A DNA stretch of 64,000 nucleotides, from contig OZ024750.1 of the NCBI GenBank assembly GCA_964016885.1, positions 46,686,001-46,750,000 of the forward strand, given 5' to 3'. The notes below the pieces were generated by a model that was given only the letters and a program-made list of their open reading frames with translations, did no database searches and was not told the DNA's origin. Below, piece by piece: positions 14,801-30,576 of the stretch (the stretch's first letter is position 1; each line of letters starts with the position of its first letter). The translations under genes were made by a program, and so were the position numbers. Origin of the DNA: Eledone cirrhosa. Lineage: Eukaryota.

Positions 14801-15526
14801 CAAACATTTACAAGTGTTACCTCCCTCACACCCTACCTAATCCTTTTTCTTAAATAAATTAAATATCACTCAGCAAGAATTACTTCCCCTGCATATTAAC
14901 TCTCTAAAAAGGGAAATCATATCAAACCTCAGTCCACCATTTGCCTCCTTCACGGAACCATGGTTCAACTAAGCACTCTTGCTATATTAACACATTTTGA
15001 ACTGCTTAACTTCAGTGACTGTGATTGTAAATAACATTATTTTTTCTTCCACATTGACTTTTTACGTTCCACACTATGCATGTTTTTTTTTTCCTTTTCC
15101 TTTTTTCCTTTCACTTCTTAAACCTTGTTTGTATATAACATTACTCTTTCTGCACCTTCTGTTTAACATGTGCAACACCACACTAATACAGTTCACTATC
15201 ATTTGATAATGCATATAAATGTTGAAACCACAATAGACAATAATTAAATATATAAATAGATAAGTAAATGCCATTGTTAAATAATAAATAAATCAACTAA
15301 TACCTTAACACTTCACACAAAGTAAAACATTACGTTTTAATCATTTTCTAACCCAGAAAAAAGAGAGAGAAACAAAAAAGGGGAAAACATATATTGTTCT
15401 TCCTCATAATCATCTCTTTCTCCCTGTTTTCATATATATATATATATATCCTAACTCGTGTGCTTCCTCTCCACATTTTATTATATATATATATTCATTA
15501 CATATATATATTCATTATATATATAT

Positions 15527-16393
15527 ATTCATAGAAATCTGGGACTTGTTTCCTTCTTCATTACTTTCTGCTGCTTAAACCATTTTGTTCGTTTACCCTA
15601 GCGTCCCCCTTATTTACGTGTCCCAACGACTTTTTTTTTAGCCGTTGCTCGCACCAACCTGAGGTATATGGCCTTTAATGCGACGAAATGCCTACGACGG
15701 TTGGATGGCCACTGATGAGGACAAACTTTTACACATGTAACCCATTTGCAGCGCCGCAGCTCCATTATTATCATATTTACACATATATTTTTTCCTCCGC
15801 TGCCACCAGTCTGTTTTGTTATTTGTGTCTTTACCCTTTCTAGCAGTCTCTCTCTCTGTTAGCCTCTTCCTCACCTTTCACTCACTCACTCTCTGTCACC
15901 ACCTCTCCTCCTCCCCTTTCTTCCCGTTTGACCTGTCCGTATTCCTTTTCTCGCGGGCACTTGGCCAAGCCGGTATGAATTTTGTTTTCTCTCTCTCTCT
16001 CTCGTCTGCGACTTCACAGAACTTATGTTTACCGAATTCGCAGACCAATCCCCTTATTCCTCCCGTTAGACCTGTGCGAAATTCCTTCCTTGCTCACATT
16101 TCAACCAGGTTTGATCGTCTTTATTCTCTCGTTCACGATTCCACCGAATTTATATTCATAGAAATCTGGGACTTGTTTGCTTCTTCATTACTTTCTGCTG
16201 CTTAAACCATTTTGTTCGTTTACCCTAGCGTCCCCCTTATGTACGTGTCCCAACGACTTTTTTAGCCGTTGCTCGCACCAACCTGAGGTATATGGCCTTT
16301 AATGCGACGAAATGCCTACGACGGTTGCATGGCCACTGATGAGGACAAACTTTTACACATGTAACCCATTTGCAGCGCCGCAGCTCCATTATT
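15527..16393. repeat. ~240-bp direct repeats (15527-15770, 16153-16393) around a unique spacer; third copy inverted at ~35396-35610
   Basis: Near-identical attcatagaaatctgggac...ccactgatgaggac...gcagctccatt; TA tracts on both flanks. Confidence 0.85.
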
Positions 16394-16395
16394 AT

Positions 16396-16488
<93 letters not shown>

Positions 16489-16509
16489 CATACATATATA
16501 TATACAATG

Positions 16510-16754
16510 ACATTAAGCAAATGGAAACTATATTTATAAAACACACTTCGTATTTTATCTGATGATAGCGTATCAAAATGTTGGTACCCCTTGACATATA
16601 TATAATAGAATAAAGTTGGTTTTATAAATATAGATTCCATTTATTTAATATCATTGAATATTATACTCCAGACAAACTTGTCGAGTGCTCTGAATCAGTT
16701 ATAAACATTTATATTTCTAGAATTACCAACAAATTGAATATCCTTCTCTGCTTA

Positions 16755-16755
<1 letters not shown>
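16510..16755. mobile_element. Fold-back PLE terminus, family with TTTTAT-CTGATGA hammerhead (relatives at ~5515-5680, 32520-32600, 33110-33395, 49020-49215, 50975-51069)
   Basis: aaatggaaactatatttataaaac / gttttataaatatagattccattt arms, CTGATGA at 16559, tail hairpin 16665-16689. Confidence 0.65.
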
Positions 16756-16817
<62 letters not shown>

Positions 16818-17555
16818 ATTCTCTAATGATTTCTCCGTAAAATTGAAATGTAATCATGTCTGCCATGCAAAATTCATGCGTGTTACCTATTTGTCAATTA
16901 CATCAAATTAACGGTTAAATAAGCAATGTAGTCCTTCAAGAGATTATCGTGTCTATACATTTGTTTATTTGTGATCGTCACATATACATATTTTACCAAT
17001 ACCGATTATATGAGATTAAATTATTACTAATCAATATAATGTAACATTTCAAATATATTCAGTTTTCAATCATAGTATTATATCATTGTTTTTTACTATA
17101 AATATTAGCTACAAATTATAGCCATTTGCTAAAGGGGTTAAAATGTTTAATTGTTTATAATCCCGCTTCTCATTTTAATTCCCTCGTTGTTTAGAAGGTT
17201 ATATAATTAATTTTCTTTCTGTGAATTGTGATCCGAATCAGGAGATTCAATGTTACAAGCCAATGTGTAATAACAAGACAGAAATACAATACGCATGTGT
17301 TGTGTGTGGAATTGTCTATGTGTGTTTTGTAAAGTGTAGGTTATGTATAGACGCTGTTATTTATTTTGTTCGTCTCTATATGTTTAATTAAGTGATGTCG
17401 GAAGCTTGTACCACTGAAGTTTCTCATGATGCTCTCATCAGAGAAGAGAATATCCACATTAATGGGACACAGTCTCGGCTGTAATAAATATAATAATATT
17501 GACTGTTGTATTCACTATTGGCTCCTATTTTTCCTGACCATCAATGTGTATACAT

Positions 17556-17625
<70 letters not shown>

Positions 17626-17782
17626 AGTAAGTCAAACGTAAAATTTGGCTTCGTCTATTATGAATTATAGATGTTGTGCTATATATATTATTAGCTGTTA
17701 ACTCTTCAGGCAGTCTGAATTGGTTTGGAAAATCAGGTACACATGATGAAATGTGAGGTGTCGCTAAAAACCAACATATACT

Positions 17783-17864
<82 letters not shown>

Positions 17865-18244
17865 ACTCAATGCCGAAGTAGTGTTCTAATATACATTTTA
17901 TCACAAAGAAATAGTTATAATTTATGCTCTGGAGTTTCGCCTGTTTTTCACGCGGTTAAAAATTTGGCGAAATTAAATATATATATGAATGTATATGTGA
18001 GTGTGTGTATGTGTGGATATATATTTATCCATCCCTCTCTCTCCACACACATTTATATATATATGTATTATTCACACATTAATGAGTACTATCTCAATTT
18101 TTTCTACTTGATAAAAACATTTGTTTACACTTATTTACATTTCACAGCGGGGCTAAACATGTAAATATATTTCACTACATTAAAACTTCTTCTACACGTT
18201 TTAAGCCTCGTTTAAAGAATTTACTTTCTTACGAGTTTAGATTG

Positions 18245-19312
18245 TGTATGTATGTAATCTAATGCGTATATGTATATATGTATATATGTATGTAATCTAA
18301 TGTGTGTATGTGTGTATGTATGTATGTTTGTATGTATGTTTGTGTCTATGTTTGTATATATAAATGTATGAATGTATGGATCTATGTATGCATGTATGTT
18401 TGTATGTGTGTATGCATTTATGTGTTTTATGTGTGCATGTGTGTGTCTATGTATGTAAGCATGTATGTATGTGTGTGTGTGTATTCATGCGTGTATGTAT
18501 ATGTGTGTGTATGTATGTATATGTGTGTATGTATGTATGTATACGTGTATGTATGCATGCATGTATGTATGTGTCTGTGTGTTTGTATTTATGTATGCCT
18601 GCACTGTTGTATTTCTAAATAAAGCGATGTAATATTTGAAACCATAAATTTTTCTGAAAATTCTTCCAATTCTTCATAGAATTCGTTGAATTGTTTTACC
18701 TGAGGTCTTCTAAATCGGATAAGGAATAAATATATATACATACATACTCATATACATACATATATACAATCATACATATATACATACATATATACAATCA
18801 TACATATATACATACATACATTCATACAAATATACATACGTTCATACCCACAAATATATACGCATACATACATAAAGACATATATACTAAAATCCATACT
18901 TACATCCATATGTACATACCTACATACACACATTCATACTTACGTACATATACGCATACATACATTCACACATACATATATACACACAGTCATACTTACG
19001 TACATATAGGTATACATATATACATACACATATTCACACATACATATATATATACACACACATTTATACTTACGTACACATATACATACATACATTCACA
19101 CATACATATATATATACACACATTCATACTTACGTACATATATACATACATACATACATTCACACATACATATATACATACACACATTCATACTTACGTA
19201 CGTATATACATACATACATTCACACATACATATATATATATATATACACATTCATACTTACGTACATGTATAGATACATACATACATTCACACATACATA
19301 TATAGACACACA
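18245..19312. repeat. Degenerate (TATG)n / (TACA)n compound satellites
   Basis: TG-rich tract 18245-18600 and CA-rich tract 18730-19312 with a recurring cattcatacttacgtacata unit. Confidence 0.85.
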
Positions 19313-20649
19313 CATTTGAAAGACACATATATCCTGATAACTTAGAAGGGAAAAAGTAATCGAAAGAAAGAAGAAAAGGACAAAGAAAGGGTATATTATA
19401 CGAGAACAAGATTTCTTGATATTAGATTGGTAACAAAATAAAAAATATAAATGAAATGAAAAGAAAGTTCGACTAGAAGAATCAGTATTGATACTCCACA
19501 ACACCCACAACGATGACAACAACAACAATTGTGTTAACAACCAGAAAAATAAAAGGTAAAACACGAAATAATATTGGCCAAGAATTCATTCTTGGAAAAA
19601 TTAAAACTCGGGGAAATAATAATATATTATACGGTATCCATGGTAACCAATTCTCTCTACGGATATGAGAATGTGATGAATAAATAGAAATCTATAATTT
19701 CATGTTACTAACAAGATTAAAAACAAGTGAATATTATACGAAAGATATTTCTAGTTGTAAACATAAAATCCCACGTCTTCATATTTATTTGAATTTATTC
19801 TTTCTGTGTCGGTACTAAATATATTTTTACATAGTATGTAGGATAGAGGTTCTGCTTAATTAGTAATTAGTAATCAGTGTAATTAGTGAATGTGGATTGA
19901 CAGAAATGGCGAAAAAATATACTGCATGGCTTACAAAGCATTTCCTTACGTTTCTCTACTTAAGAAAATATTGCAAATATGTACGTATACAGATCTATTG
20001 TACATCGGACAAGACATGGCCAAAGATTCCGCTCGAATATGATGATAAATTTACGCAATTACCCACCTCATCCTATGTGGTATTAACCAGTTATAAGAAC
20101 GCTTTGAAAGAACCGTGCACCTCTCGTATGTTGGGAAAGAGCGAGGGCCCCTGGTAGATAATTAATCAGAGGGCCCTGGTAGATAATTACTGGGATCAGA
20201 ATTAGTTCAGAGCCTCTGAAAACACAGGATTTCCTAAACGTATTAAGTTATTATTAAGCCCGGTGATATAACTGAAATTGAATGTTTGGAGTCATAGAAA
20301 TAACGTATATTTATCAGCTCCAGGTAATTCCTTTAGCGAAAGGTGTTTTTTACAGATTAAACAGAAAAAACAATAAGAATTCTTGCCTACGAGAAAAGAA
20401 ATAGATATTAAGAGAATAGTAATCTGAGTGAAAAAGCGAGTAAATGAGGGAGAGGGTCAGAAGAAAGGAGCGTGTAAGATATACTCACTTCATAAGAAAT
20501 ACTTTGAGCAACTGCACGCTAAGATCCTAATAAAGCATATTTAGAATTAGAAAATCATCCTGCCCCCATTACTCAATAAACTCCAATACTTGAAACACAT
20601 AAACAAAATAATGAAAATTGATAACTCAAAAACTATTTCTCAATATATA

Positions 20650-21525
<876 letters not shown>

Positions 21526-21689
21526 TATATATATATATATATATATATAAATATATATATACACGGTTCAAGAGTAACCAATCTTAAATGAGATATGGAG
21601 ATAGAAGAGATAGGAGAGGAGAGATTGGTGAATTATTTAGAAGCCAAAGCGTAAAGGCATGTGTCAATGTGCAATATGCAGAAGAAAGC

Positions 21690-22668
21690 AGCTAGGTGGC
21701 TGGGTTTATGCAGAAGTTCGGTGCGCAGAACTGGAAATATTCATTAGTTAAGCAAAACAAGACCACACATTTCACAAGGAAGACATTATTAAAAGATTGT
21801 CAACATATTTTAGTTTGAGGTAAGGAATGTAGAGAATAATAATAATAATATTAATAATAATTGTTTCTACTTTAGGCTCAAGACCAGCAATTTACCAGTG
21901 CATTACTGGTACTTTATTTTATCGACCCCGTAAGGATGAAAGGCAAAGTCAACCTCGGCGGGATTTGAACTCAGATCGTAAAGGGATGTAACTATGCTGA
22001 AAAGCATGGCGTCCGACCCTCTACCGATACTGCCAATCCACCGCCCTCTATAATATTAATAATATTAATTAATATTAATATTAATATTAATAATATTAAT
22101 AATAATAATGTCCGTTTACAATTGTTTCGCTACTCCATATAATATTTCTGGATCAGATGATTATATATCATTATTGATCTGGTTCAGTTGAAAATAATTA
22201 ACATATTTAAAAACAGAGCGGCTCATCGGAACTTCAATGAATATAAATTAAAATAAGGAGAGAATGTTACATAATGTAGCGTTCCATATATTGGTGTTTC
22301 ACTATGGTGTCCTGGTTGTATCAGTTGTCAGCCATAATCAAGCAGCATTCATCTGTCGAGGCTGCATTGTGTGAGATCTGCCTATGGGTAACAAGATGGC
22401 CGCCAACATTTATATTCCTTTGAAGTTCCGATGAACCGCTCTGTTTTTTAATATGTTAATTATTTTCAACTGAATCAGATCAATAATGATATATAGTCAT
22501 CTGATTCAGAAATATTATATGGAGTAGCGAAACAATTGTAAACGGATATTATTATTATTAATATTATTATTATTATTCTCTACGTTCCTTACATCAAACT
22601 AATATATGTTGACAATCTTTTAATAATGTCTTCCTTGTGAAGTTCGTGGTCTTGCTTTGCTTAACTAA

Positions 22669-22672
<4 letters not shown>
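21690..22672. mobile_element. Fold-back insertion with a long-stem-II hammerhead-like motif (22425-22543); left arm interrupted by a SINE
   Basis: 21737-21850 plus 22095-22248 mirror 22408-22672. GTT-CCGATGA...AGC-GAA-ACAATTGT-A-AAC. Confidence 0.75.
21860..22045 (-). mobile_element. SINE family 1, full length
   Basis: Complete consensus from GGCGGTGGATTGGCAG to AGTAGAAACAATT; inserted in an AAT-rich tract. Confidence 0.9.
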
Positions 22673-22739
<67 letters not shown>

Positions 22740-22744
22740 ATATA

Positions 22745-22840
22745 TAGGAAAATGTTTAACCCCGACGACAGAGCTAAAGCCGTTTCGACGGCTATTTCTG
22801 GTTATTATCCACCTGGTCCCTTACCCCACCCCTTCGTTAT
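22745..22840. mobile_element. Fold-back family A copy, internally deleted
   Basis: Short arm taggaaaatgtttaaccccgacg... joined to the terminal ccacctggtcccttacc..ttcgttata. Confidence 0.7.
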
Positions 22841-22854
22841 ATATACATATAGGT

Positions 22855-22910
<56 letters not shown>

Positions 22911-22914
<4 letters not shown>

Positions 22915-23250
22915 TGATGAGCAGAACAAACAAACATTAAACAATCCTTTAAATAAATAAAAAAAATATTTAAATATCTACCTCTTCATAATGCTATTAC
23001 CGGCGGTTTCCATTTACAAAAGATTAGAAATTCAGAGAATTTCCAACGGAAAGTAAATTTCATCAGATAGCTATTTCCATTCTGTGAATGGAAATCGCCG
23101 GTAATAGCATTATGAACAGGTAGATATTTAAATCATTTTTTTATGTATTTAAAGGATTGTTTAATGTTTGTTTGTTCTGCTCATCAATTTTTATATTTCT
23201 GGTATCTTGAATTAGTACCATAGAACAGCAATTATATTATAGCCACCCTA
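22911..23250. mobile_element. Fold-back insertion with hammerhead and 3' tail
   Basis: Arms 22911-23017 and 23083-23190; tail 23191-23250. Confidence 0.8.
22993..23071 (-). ncRNA. Type-I hammerhead ribozyme, intact core
   Basis: Minus strand reads GCTAT-CTGATGA-a-ATTTAC...GTAAAT-g-GAA-ACCG c CGGT-A-ATAGC. Confidence 0.82.
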
Positions 23251-23307
23251 TATATCTCTATAGGTACTTAGTACTCAGTGAGATATTTACCTCATTTATA
23301 TATATAT

Positions 23308-23372
<65 letters not shown>

Positions 23373-23391
23373 CCTATATGTATATATACGT

Positions 23392-23424
<33 letters not shown>

Positions 23425-23432
23425 CCTTTATG

Positions 23433-23478
<46 letters not shown>

Positions 23479-23867
23479 TATATATGTATATATATATTTG
23501 TGTGTGTCTGTATATCTGTGTGTATGTGTGTGTTTGCTTAGGCATGCGTATGTGTACGTATGCACGTTTTTGTACGCCACTATATTAAGAGGAAACACAA
23601 ACACGTGATATCCCTTGACACAACCAACCAACGTAGAAATGATTCTACACATTATCAGAGAAGTATTGATTTTGTGATGAAAGCTAAATCAGTAAACTAA
23701 TATAGTAGTGTGTCCTTGAGACAAACAAACCAAATATAAGAAGCTGGGGGAAAGAAATGCAGAAACAAACGAACCATTTTATTTCTACTTCAATAAGAGG
23801 ACAAAGCATTACTTACATACATACACACACACACCTGCACACGCAAACACACATGCACACAAACGTG

Positions 23868-23975
<108 letters not shown>

Positions 23976-24002
23976 TATACATATATATATATATATTATA
24001 TT

Positions 24003-24034
<32 letters not shown>

Positions 24035-24036
24035 TA

Positions 24037-24510
24037 GAATTCACAAGAATCAAAACTATGTTCAAAGCCTTTATTCATTTACAACTGTTTCATCCAAACC
24101 TAGGCTTGGAGTCTTCGAGGCATTTGTCAATGTCTGTACATATAATTGACCTCCTATCCAACGCAAGAGACATACAGAGACATATATATTGATGTACAGT
24201 GGAGTGACATATATTATACTATACTATCTTTGTACAGCAATTCCAAATTAAAATCAAAATCAAAATCAAAATTAAAATACATTCTGCAGATAACACAGAT
24301 AATGCAAGGGGATAGTTTAATAGTCAGATCTAGTAGGTAGTGTATGTGTTAGTTACACATGGAGCATGCATGTGCGTCTCATTTGTATACGATTATTGTG
24401 TGGCAAGGTGTTACAAGTAATGCAAGCACTTTAAAAGGGTAAGCAAGAGTGTTATGGTGTCTGTATTGGTAGGGTATTTTATACCCTACCACTACAACCA
24501 TCATAATAAT
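24037..24510 (-). mobile_element. PLE-type terminal region (same family as 42590-44305 and 48260-48620)
   Basis: Reverse complement of 43830-44305, including a degenerate hammerhead (GAAGA..GAAACAGTTGTA). Confidence 0.7.
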
Positions 24511-25604
24511 GTAGATCAGAGAAACCACAAGCGTTTTCTGACCTACGTCATATTCATATAATCCATGCCGCCTCAGTGACCCCAATAAAGCAACATATGA
24601 AAAATAAGAACAGCACATAAGTAAAACTTAAACAAATAAAAGATTGTATAAAATATATAGACAATAAAGACTAATTTATAAATATATCAGAAGCCTGTAT
24701 TTGTTTTATTTTATTGTAATACATCATGTAGCTTCAATTTTTATACGAATTCTATGTTTTAGCACAAAAGTTCCACTAACCGTCTGTAGAGTTCAGAGAA
24801 ATCTCGAACACACGAAAATGTTACTACTCTTTGAGAGCAATTGTTATCATAGATCTGCTTGTTTAGGGCTGATTTGCTAGCAAGATTAATATAATACTAA
24901 ATGCTAAAGTAAGAATCATTTGACATATGAAGTTCTAAAGCCGTCCAAAATTTCCGTTTACCAAATATCTATCACAAAGCATTGGTCGAGCCGCCGACCT
25001 TTTACTTAAAAATTGTAGCCTAAATTGCAGCGTAATATGATTTAGATCAAAACGCTTAGCTTGAAAGTGAAAGTATTAATCATCTAGATATGCCTGCGCC
25101 AAACTTACATAATCAGTGACATTATTGTGCATTGTTACAACTAAATATTTTAATAGATTTGATATTCTATAGAACCATTTTGGAATTAGCAATAACACTT
25201 CAAAATGGCGCAGTCGAAGTAGATTATTATAAATCATATCATATCAACGGTTGCACAATCTAATCCATGTCTCAGCAAAATAAATACTTCATTCATAGAA
25301 ACAATAAATTACATGATAAACGAATCGAGGTTGCATTCAATAACATCAGTAAAGCAATTAAACCGTTGAAGTTGATGCGGTCATTGAACAAAATAGAGAC
25401 TGTCTGCCATTTCTTACAGGTCAATCAGCTTGTTGGAAATAACAGACATATTATATACTCACTTAGAGTCTCTTGTATTTCTTTAGTTTTTATGTCATTT
25501 ATTATTATTCTATTTCATCATAACAACTGCTGTATCCAACAAGTCTCCTCTGATGACCTTGTAAGTACAGTGGAGTAACTAGAGTCAAACTGGAAATTAA
25601 TATA

Positions 25605-25662
<58 letters not shown>

Positions 25663-25668
<6 letters not shown>

Positions 25669-27836
25669 ATGCTTTGGGAGGGTCATGTTGCCAATACGAA
25701 ACACACGCACCAGTAGCTTTCACTCTAATTTATTAGAAATTACATTTATAAATTTAAGAATTTATAAATTTCCGGTTCGTTGGTTGGTTCCATAACCGGA
25801 CGGTTGTTCATATATTGTCAAAGTTCTTTCGTCATACATTATGTGACCTCTTCAGTGACTGGGGATTCTTTTCTTTGTTTTGTGCCTCTCCTTTGTTCTG
25901 TCCTACGCCATCTTGTTTTTGTGTGTGTTTTGTGCTTAGTTTGCGCATGTGTTACATCCGGGTGTCTCTGTGTGTTTTTATTTGTTATTTATTTGTTTAT
26001 TTACATGTTACTGGTTGGTTGTTTGTTCTATGTGTGTGTGTGTTTTCATTTTGTCCTTAATTGTAAGTTGTGATGTTGCTATTCCATTCATGTTTTCTAT
26101 TTAATTTTGGTTGGAGTTCATTTATGTTTATTGCCTATGTGATTTGTCTAAACGTTGCGTCTTTTCTGTGTGTAGATTCTATTTTTATTTCTATGTTCTC
26201 TAATTTGCCCTTATTTTCTATTTTAGCATGTTGGTGGAGTATTGATGATTCTTTTTTTTCTTGAAGTTCTCACCAGTGTTCATTTAACCGTTCTCCTATA
26301 CTAAGAGCTGTCTCACCTATGTACACTATATTCTTATCTTTACATTGTCCTTCAGTACATATTATGCTATATATTTCTAGTTTTACAGTTAATATGGGGG
26401 CTTTAGTTTACAGATTATGCATTCCTTATCTATACAGAGAGGTCTTTGAAAATGGTATGTATTGCTAATAAGGTATTTATGGAGGTACCTGGTCTTTATA
26501 CTACCTTAATATTAAGTTTAGTTTTATCTAGAGCCCTTCTAAATTTGTAAGCTAATTCACCTATAGGGGTTGTATTCATGAGCATTACACTTTGGTATTT
26601 ATTCCTATCATACCATGAGTTTATTCTATTAACCTTATTCCTAGTTCTTTCTATTCTATTGCAGAATTTGCTCCTATACAAGGGACAGGTCCCATTTGTA
26701 TCATTATTTAACATTTTTTCCCATTTGATTCTGGCTCCTCTATATACTCTGATTTTATCTCTCTGATTGTAACCACAGAACTGCATACGGTGGATGAAGT
26801 GTTGTATGTGTCTCTATAGTTCTTTGGGGTTGCACATGCGGGACATGTTTCTCATCACCCGTACCAAATCCGCAAACAGTATGTTGATTCAACATACTGA
26901 TTGCGGATTTGGTACATACATTTAATATTAAGGTAGTAGAAAGACCAGGTACCGCCATAAAAACACTTATTAGCAATACATACCCTTTTCAAAGACCTCC
27001 CTGTATAGATAAAAAATGCATAATCTGTAAACCAATCCCCTATATTAACTGTAAAACTAGAAATGTAGCATATAGCATAATATGTATTGAAGGACAATGT
27101 AAAGATAAGAATATAGTGTACATAGGTGAGGCAGCTCGTAGTATAGGAGAACGGTTAAATGAACACCGGCGAGAACTTCAAGATAAAAAAGAATCATCAA
27201 TACCCCACCATCATGCTAAAATAGAATATAAGGGCAAATTAGAGCACATAGAAATAAAAATAGAATCTACACACATAAAAGACGCAATGTTTAGACAAAT
27301 CACAGAGGCAATAAACATAAATGGACTCCAACCAAAATTAAATAGAAAACATGAATAGTATAGCAACATCACAACTTACAATTAAGGACAAAATGAAAAT
27401 ACACACACACGTAGAACAAACAACCATCCAGTATCATGTAAATAAACAAATAAATAACAAATAAAAACACAAAAAGACACCCGGATGTAACACATGCGCA
27501 AACTAAGCACACAGCACACACAAAAACAAGATGGCGTAGGACAGAACAAAAGGGAGGCACAAAATAAAGAAAAGCATCCCAGTCTCTGAAGAGGTCACAT
27601 GATGTGGGATGAAAGAACTTTGACAATATATGAACAACCGTCCGGTTATGGAACCAACCAACGAACCGGAAATTTATAAATTCTTAAATTTAATAATTTA
27701 ATTTATAATAAATTGGAGTGAAAGCTTGGTGCGTGTGTTTCCTATTGACAACATGACCCTCCCAAAGCATAACAATATCGGAATCAACACACATTTCCAG
27801 ATAAAGAATCTTGCTAAACAAATTCAGAAACGAAAT
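25663..27836. mobile_element. Head-to-head inverted Penelope-like element (same family as 6969-8258)
   Basis: Minus arm 25663-26887 (RT thumb and GIY-YIG, frameshifted). Plus arm 26922-27836 (ORF 26909-27358, YIGEAARSIGERLNEH). Hammerhead-like CTGAAGAGGTCAC in both pLTRs; tail only on the plus arm. Confidence 0.9.
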
Positions 27837-28066
27837 ATATATATATATATATATATATGCCTTGTAACTGTTTTTACACACGCAACTAATATGCACACAT
27901 ATATAATTTAGAAATGGCTTCTACAGACTATAACTGTTTCATTCGAAGGAAATCATCAGGAAAACTATTCTTGTCCTGTAGAAGGCATTTCTATATTAAA
28001 TATTTATAATTTGTCATGCTATATACACTTACTGTGGCTACCTCCCCTGATTAAACCCGCGCTGCC

Positions 28067-28202
<136 letters not shown>

Positions 28203-28445
28203 TAATAATAAATGTGAAGACTAAAATCTGAAGAGGACTCGAGAAAGGTAATATATATATAAAAATATATAAAAGCCGTAGAGGAAATATCTATTAATAT
28301 AGCAGATCACGTAAGAAGATAACATTAAGGGTGAAACCAGCGATTCTTTGCTTCAACTTTAATCTGTTATTTCAATAAATTAATAAATAAATATATGGGC
28401 TGGGGTTTGGATTCTGTCGATCGATTGGTTATTGATTAGGCGATA

Positions 28446-28546
28446 CCTGCTGATGAAGCCGATTGTGCATTGTTGCATAATATATGAAGGCGGATGGTGC
28501 AGTGCAACTTACTGCTGCATTAGTGCAGCCGAAACTCGTGTCCGGG
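28446..28546 (+). ncRNA. Hammerhead-like motif with extended stem II
   Basis: CCTG-CTGATGA-(~74 nt, partly paired)-GAA-AC tcgt GT-C-CGGG. Confidence 0.5.
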
Positions 28547-30489
28547 AACTATTATAGGCTCCCGTCTTACGTGTGTTGTATTGAAGCGAATAACTATGTG
28601 TATACACTGGGAACGTATCTTACACTGCCCATGGAGTACGCTGAGATACAACCGGTACTGGCATTGATAAATATGCTCGGTCCGTCAACTCCTTATTATA
28701 TATATATATATATATATATGAACCTCAGACAACATTGTATAAATTCAAAAATAAGCCACATTGGATTATGTGAACATTGATGAACTATCTTTAAAGAATT
28801 GCAAACGGATTGGGTATAACTGGAACGCATATGATTATATGTCTATTTGGTAAATGTTACCTGAAAGTTACAAAACATAATGGCAACTATAACACAATGA
28901 GAAACTTTAAAGTCTAACATTAAACCTGTTGAATATAATTCCGTTGACATATATTTATTGATGGATGTTGTCAAAACGGCCGATATCTGGACCCATAATC
29001 TATCCAATTTTGACAGAAAACCAAACATTTTATGTAAGAGTGTATTAAATTTGGGAACTATTACTTTCTAGATATTCAGAAGGCGACCTTAAAAAACTGT
29101 TTGCTGTGAGATAGAACCAGCAAAAGATGGAGCGTTATTTGAAATCAGTAGGAGAACATAATGGAAGTTTCTTTATTAGTTGTTGAAATAACATATATTA
29201 ACAGTACCCTGCATTGATCGATATAATTGACCCAAACTACACACACTTTGCTCATTTTGTCCCTAATTTAGAAATCATTATTAGTTGCTAGATGGGCAGT
29301 AGATGAGGACAATATGTCAGAGGACCAGAAAAGTGCTTTGTTTCAATTGTTTCGAGATTTTACAATCCGAATTCAAATCCTGCGGGTTCAACTTTCTTTT
29401 TGATCCTTACCGGGTTGATCAATAAACTACCTGTCAAGCACGGTGATCGATCAAAACGACTTTACCTTTCTACAAAAATTGATGTCTTTGTGCTAAAATA
29501 TAAACCAATATTGTTTGATATAATCGAAAGAGAATCAAGGAATATATTTTGCGGTATTTGCTTCAGCGCTTTACATCCTTATTTTAAATTACCTTGAAGG
29601 CAACTTTGACTTTTTTGCTTTTGTGGTCGATGTAATCGACTTTTTCTTCTGCCAAAGGTATTGGATTTTTTTCTGAACAAGAAACATATATTATTAGCTA
29701 GTACTTATTCATATAGTGTATTTCCCGTTGCAATTCGCTCAAACATCAACGAATTTTTCATATGGCAAGGTTGAGAAAGATACGGTTCTGTTTTAATAGA
29801 ATATGGTAATACATCACTGGGCTTTGAGATGGCGGAGTGCGTTATTGATTTCTGATAAACTCACCAATAGTCAAGTCGGCGACCCAGATTAATTTTCCAA
29901 TTGAGTCGATTATTTCATTAATTTCTAGAACCATCGAATTTACTCAGAAGATCTGGAAGGGCAAACCGCTATCACATAAATTTGGCCTTCACATGTTTCA
30001 TAAAGGGGAAATCATTGAGGAGGCATGAAGATGAATTAAATGCCGTGGAGCATTATTATTACAGAAGTGATAGTTGCTTGAAAATACAGTGATACGTAAG
30101 ACGGTGTTGCAGTTTGTAGCTCGACATAGTATTTCATTTTCCTACTGTTCATTTTATAACTAGAGCGACTCGGCCGATCGTTTATCTGAGCTTCATAATA
30201 TATGTATCATAAATATAGAGCAGTAGATATAACGGCAGAAGTTACTTTCCAACAATTATTGCCTGAATACTTAGGCATAAATATTCAATATTTTGATTTT
30301 GAAAAACCACATTCCTGCAACTGATTTTGATGAGATAATGCTGACTTCGTTTATTTCTTATTTCATCAATAAATTTCAAAAGTGAACACACACATATATG
30401 TATAAATATCTATTTGCTTCCAGACACACTGGCTGGGATAAATATATTTCCTCTATAATTAGTAGCTTCGCATATTGATCACCATTATC

Positions 30490-30570
<81 letters not shown>

Positions 30571-30576
<6 letters not shown>

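Noticed and set aside
29940-29980. Peptide SEDLEGQTAI resembling iGluR S2 (EDLAKQT)
   Set aside because: Wrong strand relative to the exon, an immediate stop codon and no further similarity.
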